Below the pieces are notes generated by a model. The model ran no database searches. It was not told where the DNA came from and was given only the letters and a program-made list of their open reading frames with translations. A stretch of DNA of 64,000 nt from an uncultured Arcobacteraceae bacterium (GTDB taxonomy: Bacteria > Campylobacterota > Campylobacteria > Campylobacterales > Arcobacteraceae), in assembly GCA_964022095.1 (NCBI GenBank), contig CAXHZO010000005.1:52870-116869 (forward strand). Direction: 5' to 3'. This document shows positions 49,857 to 60,873 of the stretch, piece after piece (the stretch's first letter is position 1; each line of letters starts with the position of its first letter). The translations under genes and the position numbers were made by a program.

Positions 49857-52025
49857 ATGAAAAAACTACTAATACTACTACTTTTCCCACTGTTTTTATT
49901 TGCTAATCAATCAATTTTAATTATAAACTCTTATCACAAAGGTTATGAGTTTAGCGATAAGATACTAAAAGGGATAGAAGAAGTTTTATATAAAAGTTCA
50001 AATATTGATGTAAATATTTTATATATGGATTCGAAAAGAGTAACTTCAAAACTATATTACAAAAACTTAGAAAAACTTTATAGTGTGCAACTTAAAAATA
50101 GAAAGTATGACTTAATAATTGCAGTTGACAGATTTGCATATGATTTTGTACTTGAAACTTACAAGAATTTTTTTACAAATGAACAAATCTTAGCAGTAGG
50201 AATAGAAAATTTTTCTTTTGAAAAAACAAAAAAGTATGGCTTAGAAAATAAAGTATCAGCTTTAATAGAAAAACGTGATTTAAAAGGAAATGTTGATGTA
50301 ATCAGAACAATTTTTCCTAGTATGAAAAAACTTTATATCATAAATGATAAGAGTTTAAATGCCTTACATACAGAACCTTTAATTTTTGATTTAATGAATA
50401 ATTTTAAAGGCAGTTTTGAGTTAGAGTATTTAAAAGAGGATAATTTAAAAAATTTAGTTAATAGATTTTCAAAAAAAGAAGAGTCAAGTGCAGCACTTTT
50501 TATAAGATTTTATAAAAATAAAAATGGTGAATTAAATAAAAACAATGAAATTGCAAATTTTATAAAAAATGCCCAAGTTCCAATTTTTGTAACTGATTCT
50601 ATTTTTATAAATAAAGGTGCAACCGGAGGAAAAATAGTAGATCTATATAGATTTGGTAAAACTGCTGGAAATATGTCTATGGATATATTACTTAATGGTC
50701 AACATAAAGTAATTAGCTCAAATGATTTGTATTTTGTTTTTGATTCACAAAAATTGAGTCAATTTACACTTCCTGTTGATGCTTTAAGACTTGATTATGA
50801 GTTAGTAAATAAAAGATTGACTTTTTATGATAAGCATACAGGATTTATAAATTTTGTATTTACAATTTCACCCTTATTGGTATTTTTGATTTTAGGGTTA
50901 GTTCACAATATTTACATGAGAAAACAAACAGAAAAAGAATTAAGACAAAGAATTGAGTTTGATGAAGTTTTATTAAATGCAATTGAAAGTCCAATTTTTT
51001 GGGAAAATGAAAAGGGAGTAATAGTAGATTCTAATAGTGAATTTTGTTCTTTAGTTGGGTTAAATTGCAAAAGTTTATATGGTAAAAAATTAGAAGACTT
51101 TACCCAATATCCAAAAGTAAAAGAAGTAATTGAAGTAATAAATAAATATAAAGAAAATAGTTTAGAAAATTATGAGTATAAGCACTTTGATGAAAACAAG
51201 AAAAAAAGAGTTTTCTTAATAAAACAAGAGAAATTTGAAGATAAAAAATCAAAAAAAGCGGGTTTTGTGACTATTTTTACTGATGTAACAAAAGAAAGAG
51301 CACTAAATAAAGAGAAACAAAAAAATAGACAATTTATTATTCAACAAAGTAAATTAGCAGAAATTGGGGAAGTTTTTTCATCAATTGCTCATCAATGGAA
51401 GTCACCACTTATTGAAATTACTGCAATTGCGCAAGAGCTGTTTTATAGTAAAAAATGTATTGCTCAAAAAGAAGATGAAAGTTTTGTAAAAGATATTATG
51501 AATCAAGTTACATATATGACAGATACAATAAATGATTTTCAAAAATTTATTATGCCTTCTAATGAAAAAACACAGTTTAATATTTATGAAGCAATAAAAG
51601 CAATGCTTGAAATTATAAATCATAATATGAAATATAATAGTATCAAAATTGATGTACAGGTAGAAGATAATACTGATTTATTAGTGAGTGGATATAAAAA
51701 TGAGTGTATGCAAACTTTTTTAAATATAGTGAATAATGCAAAAGATGCATTACTAAATAATGATTATAAAAATAGATATATTAATATTAAAATTTATAAT
51801 GAAAATGAGTTCTTAGTGGTAACCATAAAAGATAATGCTGGTGGTATTAAAAATGATAATATATATGATATATTTAAACCATACTTTACTACAAAATCAG
51901 ATGGACATGGTATAGGCCTTTATATGAGTAAAGTGATAATTGAGGATAAAATGGGTGGAATAATACAAGTTCAAAATATTGATAATGGTGCAATATTTAC
52001 TATAAAATTGGATCAAAGCAAATGA
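49857..52025 (+). CDS. sensor histidine kinase with periplasmic ligand-binding domain and PAS domain
   Basis: Signal peptide, ILIINSYH, TM helix, PAS, IAHQWKSPL H-box, DNAGG, GHGIGLY. Confidence 0.9.
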   Translation: MKKLLILLLFPLFLFANQSILIINSYHKGYEFSDKILKGIEEVLYKSSNIDVNILYMDSKRVTSKLYYKNLEKLYSVQLKNRKYDLIIAVDRFAYDFVLETYKNFFTNEQILAVGIENFSFEKTKKYGLENKVSALIEKRDLKGNVDVIRTIFPSMKKLYIINDKSLNALHTEPLIFDLMNNFKGSFELEYLKEDNLKNLVNRFSKKEESSAALFIRFYKNKNGELNKNNEIANFIKNAQVPIFVTDSIFINKGATGGKIVDLYRFGKTAGNMSMDILLNGQHKVISSNDLYFVFDSQKLSQFTLPVDALRLDYELVNKRLTFYDKHTGFINFVFTISPLLVFLILGLVHNIYMRKQTEKELRQRIEFDEVLLNAIESPIFWENEKGVIVDSNSEFCSLVGLNCKSLYGKKLEDFTQYPKVKEVIEVINKYKENSLENYEYKHFDENKKKRVFLIKQEKFEDKKSKKAGFVTIFTDVTKERALNKEKQKNRQFIIQQSKLAEIGEVFSSIAHQWKSPLIEITAIAQELFYSKKCIAQKEDESFVKDIMNQVTYMTDTINDFQKFIMPSNEKTQFNIYEAIKAMLEIINHNMKYNSIKIDVQVEDNTDLLVSGYKNECMQTFLNIVNNAKDALLNNDYKNRYINIKIYNENEFLVVTIKDNAGGIKNDNIYDIFKPYFTTKSDGHGIGLYMSKVIIEDKMGGIIQVQNIDNGAIFTIKLDQSK

Positions 52026-52678
52026 AAATACTAGTTTTAGAAGATAATAAAAGTCTATCAAATGTAATAAATAAAGCATTAAGTATAGAAGGTTACCAAG
52101 TAGATTGTTTTTATGATGGTGATGATGCTTTAAATGCAATTGAAAATGGTTACTCATGTTTTATTTTAGATATTAATGTTCCAAATTTAGATGGAATATC
52201 TGTAATGGAATATATAAGATACAATCATCCAAACACACCAGTTATTATAATTAGTGCAAATCATGATTTAGTAAAAATTGAAAAGTCATATCAAATAGGT
52301 TGTGATGATTATTTAAAAAAGCCATTTTATATATTTGAATTAGTTCAAAAAGTAAAAAAACTTTGTTATGTTGAAGAGCAATATATAGTTTTTGATGACA
52401 ATTTTAAATTTGATTTTAAAAATCATAAACTCTATGAAAATGATAAAGAAATTGAGCTTACGAAAAAAGAGATACTATTTTTAGAATTATTCCCTAAAAA
52501 CCTGCATCATGTGGCTACTTATGAAGAAATAGAAGAGTATGTATGGGAAGGTGAAGAGACCAACTTAACTAATATTAGAACTATGATAAAAAGATTAAGA
52601 AAAAAGTTACCTATTGATGGAGTAACAATTGTTAAAGGATTAGGATATAGTCTTAATAAGAATGTAAAACTAATTTAA
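52022..52678 (+). CDS. OmpR-family response regulator
   Basis: LEDN...LDINVP...KKPF receiver plus wHTH (IKRLRKKL, GLGY). Confidence 0.92.
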   Translation: MKILVLEDNKSLSNVINKALSIEGYQVDCFYDGDDALNAIENGYSCFILDINVPNLDGISVMEYIRYNHPNTPVIIISANHDLVKIEKSYQIGCDDYLKKPFYIFELVQKVKKLCYVEEQYIVFDDNFKFDFKNHKLYENDKEIELTKKEILFLELFPKNLHHVATYEEIEEYVWEGEETNLTNIRTMIKRLRKKLPIDGVTIVKGLGYSLNKNVKLI

Positions 52679-52726
52679 TAGTTTTTTAAGACAAAGTGTT
52701 GTTTAATACAATAAAAAATATTAAAA

Positions 52727-52743
52727 GATAAAAATTATCCAAT
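52727..52743. promoter_or_regulatory. Fur/PerR-like box upstream of trxB
   Basis: GATAAAAATTATCCAAT, with the GATAA-N3-TTATC core. Confidence 0.5.
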
Positions 52744-52864
52744 AAAAGAGATTTAGTTAACTTAATACTTAACAAAAATTAAGTATTATTACTTTCTTAT
52801 ATTAAATGGCTTTTATTTAGTCAAATGTTTTTTTCATTTAGTATAATTATAAAAAGGATTTAAA

Positions 52865-53794
52865 ATGTTAGATTTAGTAATTATTGGTGGAGGACCTGCT
52901 GGGTTAACAGCAGGATTATACGCTACTAGAGGTGGTTTAAAAGATGTTGTAATGTACGAAATGGGTATGCCTGGTGGACAAATCACTGGAAGTTCTGAAA
53001 TCGAAAACTACCCTGGACAAGGTAATGTTATGTCTGGTATGGAATTAATGGAAAACTGGCCAGAACAGTGTCAAAAATTTGGGCTTAAACATGAAATGAA
53101 CCAAGTAACAAATGTTAAAAAAGTGAATGATATATTTGAAGTTACAACTGGTGATGGAAAAGTTCAAGAGGCAAAAGCAGTATTATTAGCAACTGGTTCT
53201 GTTCCAAGACGTGCAGGATTTAAAGGTGAAGATGAGTTCTTTGGTAGAGGTATTTCTACTTGTGCAACTTGTGATGGATTCTTTTACAAAAATAAAGAAG
53301 TAGCACTTATTGGTGGTGGAGACTCAGCATTAGAAGAAGCAGTTTACCTTGCAAAAATTTGTTCAAAAGTTTATTTAGTTCATAGAAGAGATACTTATAG
53401 AGCTGCACCTTCAACAATTGAACATATGAAAGCTTGTGAAAATATTGAAGAAGTTACAAATGTAACAGTTGAAGAAGTTTATGGTGATGCAACAGGTGTT
53501 ACTGGACTTAAAGTAAAAAGTAAAGAATCTGGTGATATTAGAGATTTAAATGTTCCAGGTGTATTTGTATTTGTTGGTAGAGATGTATTAAATGAACCAT
53601 TAAAGCAAGAAGATGGATCATTTTTATGTGATACAAATGAGCAAGGTGAAGTTATTGTTGATCTTAGAATGAAAACTTCAGTTCCAGGTTTATATGCAGC
53701 AGGTGATGTTAGAATTGATGCAGCAAAACAAGTTGTTTGTGCAGCAGGTGATGGTGCAACAGCAGCAGTTGATATTATTGAATATATTGGATAA
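52865..53794 (+). CDS. trxB: thioredoxin reductase
   Basis: GGGPAG, CATCDG and GGGDSA motifs. Confidence 0.96.
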   Translation: MLDLVIIGGGPAGLTAGLYATRGGLKDVVMYEMGMPGGQITGSSEIENYPGQGNVMSGMELMENWPEQCQKFGLKHEMNQVTNVKKVNDIFEVTTGDGKVQEAKAVLLATGSVPRRAGFKGEDEFFGRGISTCATCDGFFYKNKEVALIGGGDSALEEAVYLAKICSKVYLVHRRDTYRAAPSTIEHMKACENIEEVTNVTVEEVYGDATGVTGLKVKSKESGDIRDLNVPGVFVFVGRDVLNEPLKQEDGSFLCDTNEQGEVIVDLRMKTSVPGLYAAGDVRIDAAKQVVCAAGDGATAAVDIIEYIG

Positions 53795-53810
53795 AGGAAA
53801 ATATTAAAAG

Positions 53811-54584
53811 ATGATCAAAGTAGGTATAGTAGGAAGTACAGGAAGAGTAGGTTCTTTATTAATTGATGATTTAGAAAATGATGAACAAGCTAGAGTTAGT
53901 AGTGTACATGTATTTGGAGAGTTAAAAAAACAACTTCCAGAAGATACAGTAGTTACAAATGATATGAAAGTTTTATTAGATTCTAGTGATGTAGTTATTG
54001 ATTTTAGTGCACCAACTGCAACTGAAGCTTTATTAACACAAATAGTTGAAAGTAAAGAAGGAAAACCTTTAGTTATTGCAACTACTGGATTTAATAAACA
54101 TCAACAAAATTTATTATTAGAAGCTAGTAAAATTGTACCAGTATTATATGCTACAAATATGAGTTTAGGAGTTGCAGTGTTAAACAAACTTGTTGCACTT
54201 GCATCTAAAACTCTGGCTGACTTTGATATTGAAATTGTTGAACAACACCATAGACATAAAGTTGATTCACCATCTGGTACAGCTTTAACACTTGCAGAAC
54301 ATGCTGCAAGTGCAAGAGATTTAGATTTAGATGATGTTAGAGTTTCAGGTCGTGATGGAATTATCGGAGCTAGAACAAAAGATGAAATCTCAGTAATGGC
54401 ACTAAGAGGTGGAGATATTGTTGGTAGACATACAGTTGGTTTATATAATGATGGAGAATTTCTTGAATTAAACCATACTGCGACTGCTAGAAACACTTTC
54501 TCAAAAGGTGCAATAAAAGTAGCTAAATGGATTATTGGAAAAGATCCAAAATTATACTCAATCAATGACGCTTTAGGTCTATAA
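53811..54584 (+). CDS. dapB: 4-hydroxy-tetrahydrodipicolinate reductase
   Basis: IDFS, ATTG and EQHHRHKVDSPSGTA motifs. Confidence 0.96.
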   Translation: MIKVGIVGSTGRVGSLLIDDLENDEQARVSSVHVFGELKKQLPEDTVVTNDMKVLLDSSDVVIDFSAPTATEALLTQIVESKEGKPLVIATTGFNKHQQNLLLEASKIVPVLYATNMSLGVAVLNKLVALASKTLADFDIEIVEQHHRHKVDSPSGTALTLAEHAASARDLDLDDVRVSGRDGIIGARTKDEISVMALRGGDIVGRHTVGLYNDGEFLELNHTATARNTFSKGAIKVAKWIIGKDPKLYSINDALGL

Positions 54585-54596
54585 GGAAAATAAAAT

Positions 54597-55946
54597 ATGT
54601 GTGCAATAGTTGGAATTTATGGTAATGAAAATGCTTCTAGGTTAGCTTCAATAGCTCTGTTTGCAATGCAACATAGAGGTCAAGAAGCAACTGGTATCTC
54701 TTCATCTTGTAAGGGAAAAATCTTTACTAAAAAAGATAGAGGTTTAGTTTCTGAAGTATTTGATGATGATGCTTTATCTTACTTAAAAGGTAATATGGCA
54801 ATTGGTCATAATAGATACTCAACTGCAGGTGGAGATTCTATATTAGATGCTCAACCTGTATTTGCTAAATATAAATTAGGTGAAATTTCTATTGTTCACA
54901 ATGGAAACTTAATTAATAAAAATGAAGTAAGACAAGAATTAATTGACAAAGGTGCCATTTTCCAAACAGGAATGGATACTGAAAACCTAATTCACTTAAT
55001 TGCTAAAAATACAAAAGATAGATTAAGAGATAGAATTAAAGAAGCATTAGAAAAAACTGTTGGCGCATATTGTTTTATTGTTCAATCAAGATCAAAACAG
55101 TTTGTTATAAGAGATAGATATGGTATTAGACCTCTATCATTAGGTAAAATAAAAAGTGGTGGTTACATAGTTGCTAGTGAAACTTGTGCATTTGACTTAG
55201 TTGGAGCTGATTTTATTAGAGATGTAAATCCTGGTGAAATGTTAATTTTTGATGAAGATAAAGATGAACCTGAATCAATTCAATTATTTGAACCAATTCC
55301 AAGACCATGTGCTTTTGAATATGTATATTTTGCAAGACCAGATTCTGTAATAGATGGTAAAAATGTATATAGAACAAGAGAAGATATGGGTAAAGCACTT
55401 GCTAAAAATGATGCTGATAATGGAATCCATGTTGATATGGTTGTTCCAGTTCCAGATTCAGGAGTTCCAGCAGCACTTGGTTATGCAGCACAAAGTGGAG
55501 TTCCTTTTGAGTATGGAATTATTAGAAATCACTATGTAGGTAGAACTTTTATTGAACCAACACAAGAGATGAGGGATATTAAAGTAAGAATGAAGCTTAG
55601 TCCTATGAAATCATTAATTGCTGGTAAATCTTTACTTGTAATTGATGATTCAATTGTAAGAGGAACTACATCAAAAAGAATAGTTAAGATGTTAAAAGAT
55701 GCAGGTGCAAAAGAAGTACACTTTAGAGTTGCATCTCCTGAGATTAAATTCCCTTGTTATTATGGTATTGACACACCAAATAAAGAAGAATTGATTTCAA
55801 ATAATATGTCAGTTGAAGAAGTGAAAGAATATATTGAAGCTGATACTTTAGCTTATCTTTCCATTGATGATTTAGTTAGTGTAATTGGTAATGATAGAGA
55901 GTATGCTTTAGAGAGTTTCAATGGAGATTATTTCGTAAAAGCATAA
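54597..55946 (+). CDS. purF: amidophosphoribosyltransferase
   Basis: N-terminal Cys, QHRGQE, YFARPDS and DDSIVRGTT motifs. Confidence 0.97.
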   Translation: MCAIVGIYGNENASRLASIALFAMQHRGQEATGISSSCKGKIFTKKDRGLVSEVFDDDALSYLKGNMAIGHNRYSTAGGDSILDAQPVFAKYKLGEISIVHNGNLINKNEVRQELIDKGAIFQTGMDTENLIHLIAKNTKDRLRDRIKEALEKTVGAYCFIVQSRSKQFVIRDRYGIRPLSLGKIKSGGYIVASETCAFDLVGADFIRDVNPGEMLIFDEDKDEPESIQLFEPIPRPCAFEYVYFARPDSVIDGKNVYRTREDMGKALAKNDADNGIHVDMVVPVPDSGVPAALGYAAQSGVPFEYGIIRNHYVGRTFIEPTQEMRDIKVRMKLSPMKSLIAGKSLLVIDDSIVRGTTSKRIVKMLKDAGAKEVHFRVASPEIKFPCYYGIDTPNKEELISNNMSVEEVKEYIEADTLAYLSIDDLVSVIGNDREYALESFNGDYFVKA

Positions 55947-56908
55947 TGAGTAACTTAAAAGACGTATTAACAATAGGTCGTTATTTTAAAAATAAATTTG
56001 GTGAAAAAGTATATAAAGTTCCCATTTCAATAGGAGGATTTACATGCCCAAATATTGATGGAACTGTAGCAAAAGGTGGTTGTTCTTTTTGTGAGAATGA
56101 CTCTTTTTCTCCTAATTTACAAGATAAAAGACCAAAATTTAAATTAAACCCAAAAGTAAATGAAAACCCTTTTTTAGATAACCAACTAAAACAGCTTGAG
56201 CTACAATTTAATGCCACAAAACAAAGACTTCAAAATAAGTTTGGCGCTAATAAGTTTATAGTATATTTTCAGTCATTTACAAATACTTATGCCCCCTTTT
56301 CAACACTAAAAGCTTTGTATGAAAAAGCACTTAGTTTTGACAATGTAATAGGCCTTAGTATTGGTACAAGAACTGATTGTGTAACTGATGAAATTTTAGA
56401 TTATTTAGTTGACTTATCAAAAGAAAAAGAGATTTGGGTTGAGTATGGAATTCAATCATTCTATGATGAAACGCTTGATAAAATCAATAGAGGTGATAGC
56501 GTTGAAAATATGAAGTATTGGATTACTAGAAGTAAGGAAAAAGGTTTAAATGTTTGTGGACATTTAATATATGGACTTCCTGATGAAACACAAGACATGA
56601 TGTTAGAGACATTTAAGCAAACTATTGATTTAAATGTAGATTCTATAAAGTTTCATCCACTATACGTAGTTAAAAATACACTTTTAACTAATGAATATCG
56701 AAAAGGAAGATTTGAACCAATAAGCGAAGATTTATATATAGATACAGTTGTAAAGTCAATTGTAGATCTTCCAGATAATATATCAATACAAAGAATTACA
56801 GCAGGTATTGATGATGATACACTATTATCACCTCAGTGGTGTAGAAATAAACACTCTCAAATGAAAAAAGTTAGATTAGCTTTGGAAAAAGAAGGGTTAA
56901 ATTATTAG
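55946..56908 (+). CDS. radical SAM protein, YhcC/TIGR01212-like
   Basis: GFTCPNIDG...GGCSFC and YFQSFTNTY motifs. Confidence 0.85.
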   Translation: MSNLKDVLTIGRYFKNKFGEKVYKVPISIGGFTCPNIDGTVAKGGCSFCENDSFSPNLQDKRPKFKLNPKVNENPFLDNQLKQLELQFNATKQRLQNKFGANKFIVYFQSFTNTYAPFSTLKALYEKALSFDNVIGLSIGTRTDCVTDEILDYLVDLSKEKEIWVEYGIQSFYDETLDKINRGDSVENMKYWITRSKEKGLNVCGHLIYGLPDETQDMMLETFKQTIDLNVDSIKFHPLYVVKNTLLTNEYRKGRFEPISEDLYIDTVVKSIVDLPDNISIQRITAGIDDDTLLSPQWCRNKHSQMKKVRLALEKEGLNY

Positions 56909-56912
56909 TAAA

Positions 56913-56930
56913 CTAGGAAGTAATTCCTAG
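56913..56930. terminator. hairpin between convergent genes
   Basis: CTAGGAA-gtaa-TTCCTAG. Confidence 0.5.
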
Positions 56931-56931
56931 C

Positions 56932-57840
56932 TTATTTCATTTTTAGTAGATAGTCAACTACATTTTCAATAAATGCATCATTTTTTCTATCTTTTCTATA
57001 TGCAATATATAGTTTTCTCATCATTTTTTGATTAGCAATTCTAGATTCAAATAAAGCTCCCGCTTTAATAAGTGATTCAATTGCATTTCTTGACACAATT
57101 GATACAGTTGGTGTTAATTCTTTATCTGAGTGAAGAACTGTTTGAACAATTGTTGTTGCACTTGTAACTTCACTTGTTACATCGAATGTATCACAATCAG
57201 GATAATTTGCTTTATCAAGATTTTCTTTAAATAGAATTCTTGTATTTGATTCAGGATTTCTACAAACCCATTTATATGATAATAAATCTTCTGGTTTAGC
57301 TTTAGTAGGAAGTTTTTGATTTGAAAAAATTACAATTTCATCATCCATCCATTCTCTATAAACAATATCATCATTTGGAACATAGTTTTCAACTAAAGCA
57401 ATATCAATTTTTTTATCTAATAAATCTTCAATTGCTTCATGGGAAACAGATACATTTATTGATACATCATTGTGTATATTTTCTTTTAAATTATTCAAAA
57501 ATTTAGGTAGGATATAGTTACCAATAATAAAAGATGCACCAAAAATAAAAGTAACATTTTTATTCATAATTTTTAATAATTCTTTTTCTCCATTTGAAAC
57601 ACATTTTTCAATTTTTAAAGCAATAGAGTAAAGCATTTGACCTTCTTTAGTAAGTCTAATACCATTTTTCTTTCTATCAACTACTTGAACATCTAGATAT
57701 TCCTCAATATACTTCATTTGTTGAGTTACCGCAGGTTGAGAAATACCCAGTTTTGCTGAAGCTTTTGAGAAGGATTTTTCTCTAACTACAGTCAAAAAAG
57801 TTTCAAGTTTTGCAAAATCATTAAGCATCAATTTCTCCAA
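56932..57840 (-). CDS. LysR-family transcriptional regulator
   Basis: SFSKASAKLGISQPAVTQQMKYIEE helix-turn-helix. Confidence 0.92.
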   Translation of the reverse strand: MEKLMLNDFAKLETFLTVVREKSFSKASAKLGISQPAVTQQMKYIEEYLDVQVVDRKKNGIRLTKEGQMLYSIALKIEKCVSNGEKELLKIMNKNVTFIFGASFIIGNYILPKFLNNLKENIHNDVSINVSVSHEAIEDLLDKKIDIALVENYVPNDDIVYREWMDDEIVIFSNQKLPTKAKPEDLLSYKWVCRNPESNTRILFKENLDKANYPDCDTFDVTSEVTSATTIVQTVLHSDKELTPTVSIVSRNAIESLIKAGALFESRIANQKMMRKLYIAYRKDRKNDAFIENVVDYLLKMK

Positions 57841-57954
57841 ATAAATATTTATTAATATTATAACATTTATTTATAAATATATTTATTAAGAGGTGTCAAG
57901 AATTTATTAATTTATCTAATCTATGGTATAATAAATAATAATTGGAGAAGAGAA

Positions 57955-60009
57955 ATGTCAGAAAATTTACTATCGTCACTTAATGATTCACAAAAAAGTG
58001 CAGCACAACATATAGATGGTTCGCTTTTGATACTAGCTGGTGCTGGTTCAGGGAAAACAAAAACTATTACAACAAGACTTGCTTATTTAATATCAATTGG
58101 AATTGATCCAAGTTCGATTTTAACATTAACTTTTACAAATAAAGCAGCAAGTGAAATGCGAGAACGTGCATTTAAAATGATAGATACATCAATAGTAAAT
58201 ACTCCACCATTATTATGTACATTTCATAAATTTGGTTTACTTTTTTTAAAGTTTCATATGAGTGAACTAAATAGAAAAAATAACTTTGTTATCATTGATA
58301 CAGACGATAAAAAAAGAATACTAAGATCAATTGATAAAGAGATTACAACTTCACTATTAGTTAGTGAAATTTCAAAGTATAAAAATACGCTTATGACTCC
58401 ATACGAAGCGAAAACATCAGCACAATTAAAGTTATATCAACAAATTGCAGATATATATGAAAAATATGAAGCATATTTGTTAAAAAACAACTTAGTAGAT
58501 TTTGATGATTTACTTTTACTTCCATATAAAATTTTAAAAGAAAATGAAAAGTTATCAAAAGAAATAAGCCAAAAGTATAAATATATTATGGTAGATGAGT
58601 ATCAAGATACAAATGAACTTCAATATAGACTTTTAAGGCTTTTATGTAGTTCTCATAACAATCTTTGTGTAGTTGGTGATGATGACCAATCTATTTATGG
58701 ATGGAGAGGTGCAACTATAAAAAATATTTTAAATTTTAGTGAGCACTTTGAAGATACAGTTGTAGTAAAACTAGAAGAGAACTATAGGTCAACAGATACT
58801 ATTTTGGATCACGCAAATCAACTAATTGAACACAATAGAGATAGATTAGGTAAAAAACTTGTAGGAACTAGACAAAAAGGTAGTTCTATTAGAGTTTATG
58901 AATCACATGATGAAAATGAAGAGACAAGAAAAATTTGTGATGATATAAAAATACTTTTAGACTCAGGTATTCAAGGAAAAGATATTGCAATACTATTTAG
59001 AGTAAATGCACTTTCAAGATCTCTTGAAGAAGGCTTTAATAGAGCTGGGCTTCATTATAAGCTTGTTGGTGGTATGAAGTTCTATGAAAGAGCGGAGATA
59101 AAAGATTTAATCGCATATTTTAGAGTGCTAACAAACTCAAATGACAATTTTTCAATAAAAAGAGTTATTAATAAGCCTAAAAGAGGTATTGGAAAAACTA
59201 CCATTGAAAAACTTGAAACAAAATCAATTGAATTGAAAAAATCAATTGTAAGTGTAATTTCTGATTTAAATGCAGATGAATTATCTCAAGTTGTTGGAAA
59301 GAAAAACTCAAGAACACTTAAAGTATTTGAAGCTTCACTAATGGATTTAAGAGAGGTTTTATCAGAATCGAAAATGAAGTTTTTAGATTCATTTGAAGAG
59401 ACATTTGATTATAGAGCTTCATATGATAATGTTCCTGATGGTTTTGATAGACAAGGTAATATTGATGAATTTTATGGGTATGTAAGAGATTTCTTTATTC
59501 AAAATCCTCACTTAGAATTAAAAGATTTTTTAAATGAGATTGCATTAGAAAGCGAAAGTGATGAATTTAACGGTGAAGCAGTATCAATGATGAGTATTCA
59601 TGCAGCTAAAGGATTAGAGTTTAAAAATCTGTTTATCATAGGTTTTGAAGAAGGATTCTTCCCAATAACAGGTGATGGAAGTGATATTGAAGAGGAAAGA
59701 AGATTAGGTTATGTTGCTCTTACTAGAGCAATGGATAATTTAACTTTATCTTTTGCCCATTCTAGATTTTACAAAGGGAAAAGAGCCACTTTAACAAAAA
59801 GTAGATTTCTAAGTGAATCAGGTGTTATAAAAGGTTCTCTTACAATCGAAAAACATTCATCATTTAGAAAAGGTGATTTAGTTCAGCATAAAATATTTGG
59901 TATTGGTAGAGTTCAAAAATCTACAAAAGCTGGAAAAGATTATAAGCTAACTATTAACTTTGGTGGAACTCACAGAGAGATTCTATCTTCATTTGTAGAG
60001 AAGGCATAA
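57955..60009 (+). CDS. uvrD: UvrD/PcrA/Rep DNA helicase
   Basis: AGAGSGKT, VDEYQD, GDDDQSIYGWRGA and EERRLGYVALTRA motifs. Confidence 0.93.
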   Translation: MSENLLSSLNDSQKSAAQHIDGSLLILAGAGSGKTKTITTRLAYLISIGIDPSSILTLTFTNKAASEMRERAFKMIDTSIVNTPPLLCTFHKFGLLFLKFHMSELNRKNNFVIIDTDDKKRILRSIDKEITTSLLVSEISKYKNTLMTPYEAKTSAQLKLYQQIADIYEKYEAYLLKNNLVDFDDLLLLPYKILKENEKLSKEISQKYKYIMVDEYQDTNELQYRLLRLLCSSHNNLCVVGDDDQSIYGWRGATIKNILNFSEHFEDTVVVKLEENYRSTDTILDHANQLIEHNRDRLGKKLVGTRQKGSSIRVYESHDENEETRKICDDIKILLDSGIQGKDIAILFRVNALSRSLEEGFNRAGLHYKLVGGMKFYERAEIKDLIAYFRVLTNSNDNFSIKRVINKPKRGIGKTTIEKLETKSIELKKSIVSVISDLNADELSQVVGKKNSRTLKVFEASLMDLREVLSESKMKFLDSFEETFDYRASYDNVPDGFDRQGNIDEFYGYVRDFFIQNPHLELKDFLNEIALESESDEFNGEAVSMMSIHAAKGLEFKNLFIIGFEEGFFPITGDGSDIEEERRLGYVALTRAMDNLTLSFAHSRFYKGKRATLTKSRFLSESGVIKGSLTIEKHSSFRKGDLVQHKIFGIGRVQKSTKAGKDYKLTINFGGTHREILSSFVEKA

Positions 60010-60018
60010 ACATAATTA

Positions 60019-60873
60019 ATGCAAAAAAGACTTTATAATAAAGAACCATTAAATAAACTAATTGTTGTTAATAAACCAATGTTTGTAAGTTCAAACTCTT
60101 ATTTAAATAGAATTAAAAGAAAATACAAAAATAAAAAAGCTGGATTTTCAGGAACACTTGACCCTTTTGCAAAAGGGTGTTTAATTGTTGCCTTTGGCCA
60201 ATACTCAAAACTATTTAACTATATAGAAAAAACTCCTAAAAAATATAAAGCAGTAATATGGTTAGGAGCTACATCTGAATCTTTAGATATTGAAAATATT
60301 ATTGATATAAAAGATGAAAAAACAGTTCATAAAAATGATATTCAAAGAGCAATTGAGCAAACAAAAGGCGATATTAATTATTTCCCACCAAAGTTTAGTG
60401 CAAAAAAAATTGATGGAAAAAGAGCTTATGATTTAGCTAGAAATGGTGAAGATGTTAAAATGAAAGAATCAACTATGCATATATATGATTCAAAATTTAT
60501 TACTTATAAACATCCTTTTATTACATTTGAAGCAACTGTAAGTGAAGGAAGCTATATAAGATCACTTGCACAAATTATTTTAGAAAAGCTTTATTGTATC
60601 GGTACTTTGTCTTACTTAGAAAGATTAAATGAGGGTAAATTCTTTTATGAAAACGAAAAAGATTTAAATCCATTAGATTATTTAAATATCCCAAAAAATT
60701 CATACTTTGGAACAAAAGATTGGTTATATGATGGAAAAAAAATTTCTATTGAATTTTTAGAGAATAAAAAAGATGGAACCTATCTAATTGTATTTGATGA
60801 TTTTTTCAGTATTATTGAAATTAAAGATAGTCAAGTAAAATATTTATTAAATAAGGTTTTATTAAATGTCTGA
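60019..60873 (+). CDS. truB: tRNA pseudouridine(55) synthase
   Basis: GTLDPFA, FSAKKIDG and GSYIRSL motifs. Confidence 0.93.
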   Translation: MQKRLYNKEPLNKLIVVNKPMFVSSNSYLNRIKRKYKNKKAGFSGTLDPFAKGCLIVAFGQYSKLFNYIEKTPKKYKAVIWLGATSESLDIENIIDIKDEKTVHKNDIQRAIEQTKGDINYFPPKFSAKKIDGKRAYDLARNGEDVKMKESTMHIYDSKFITYKHPFITFEATVSEGSYIRSLAQIILEKLYCIGTLSYLERLNEGKFFYENEKDLNPLDYLNIPKNSYFGTKDWLYDGKKISIEFLENKKDGTYLIVFDDFFSIIEIKDSQVKYLLNKVLLNV

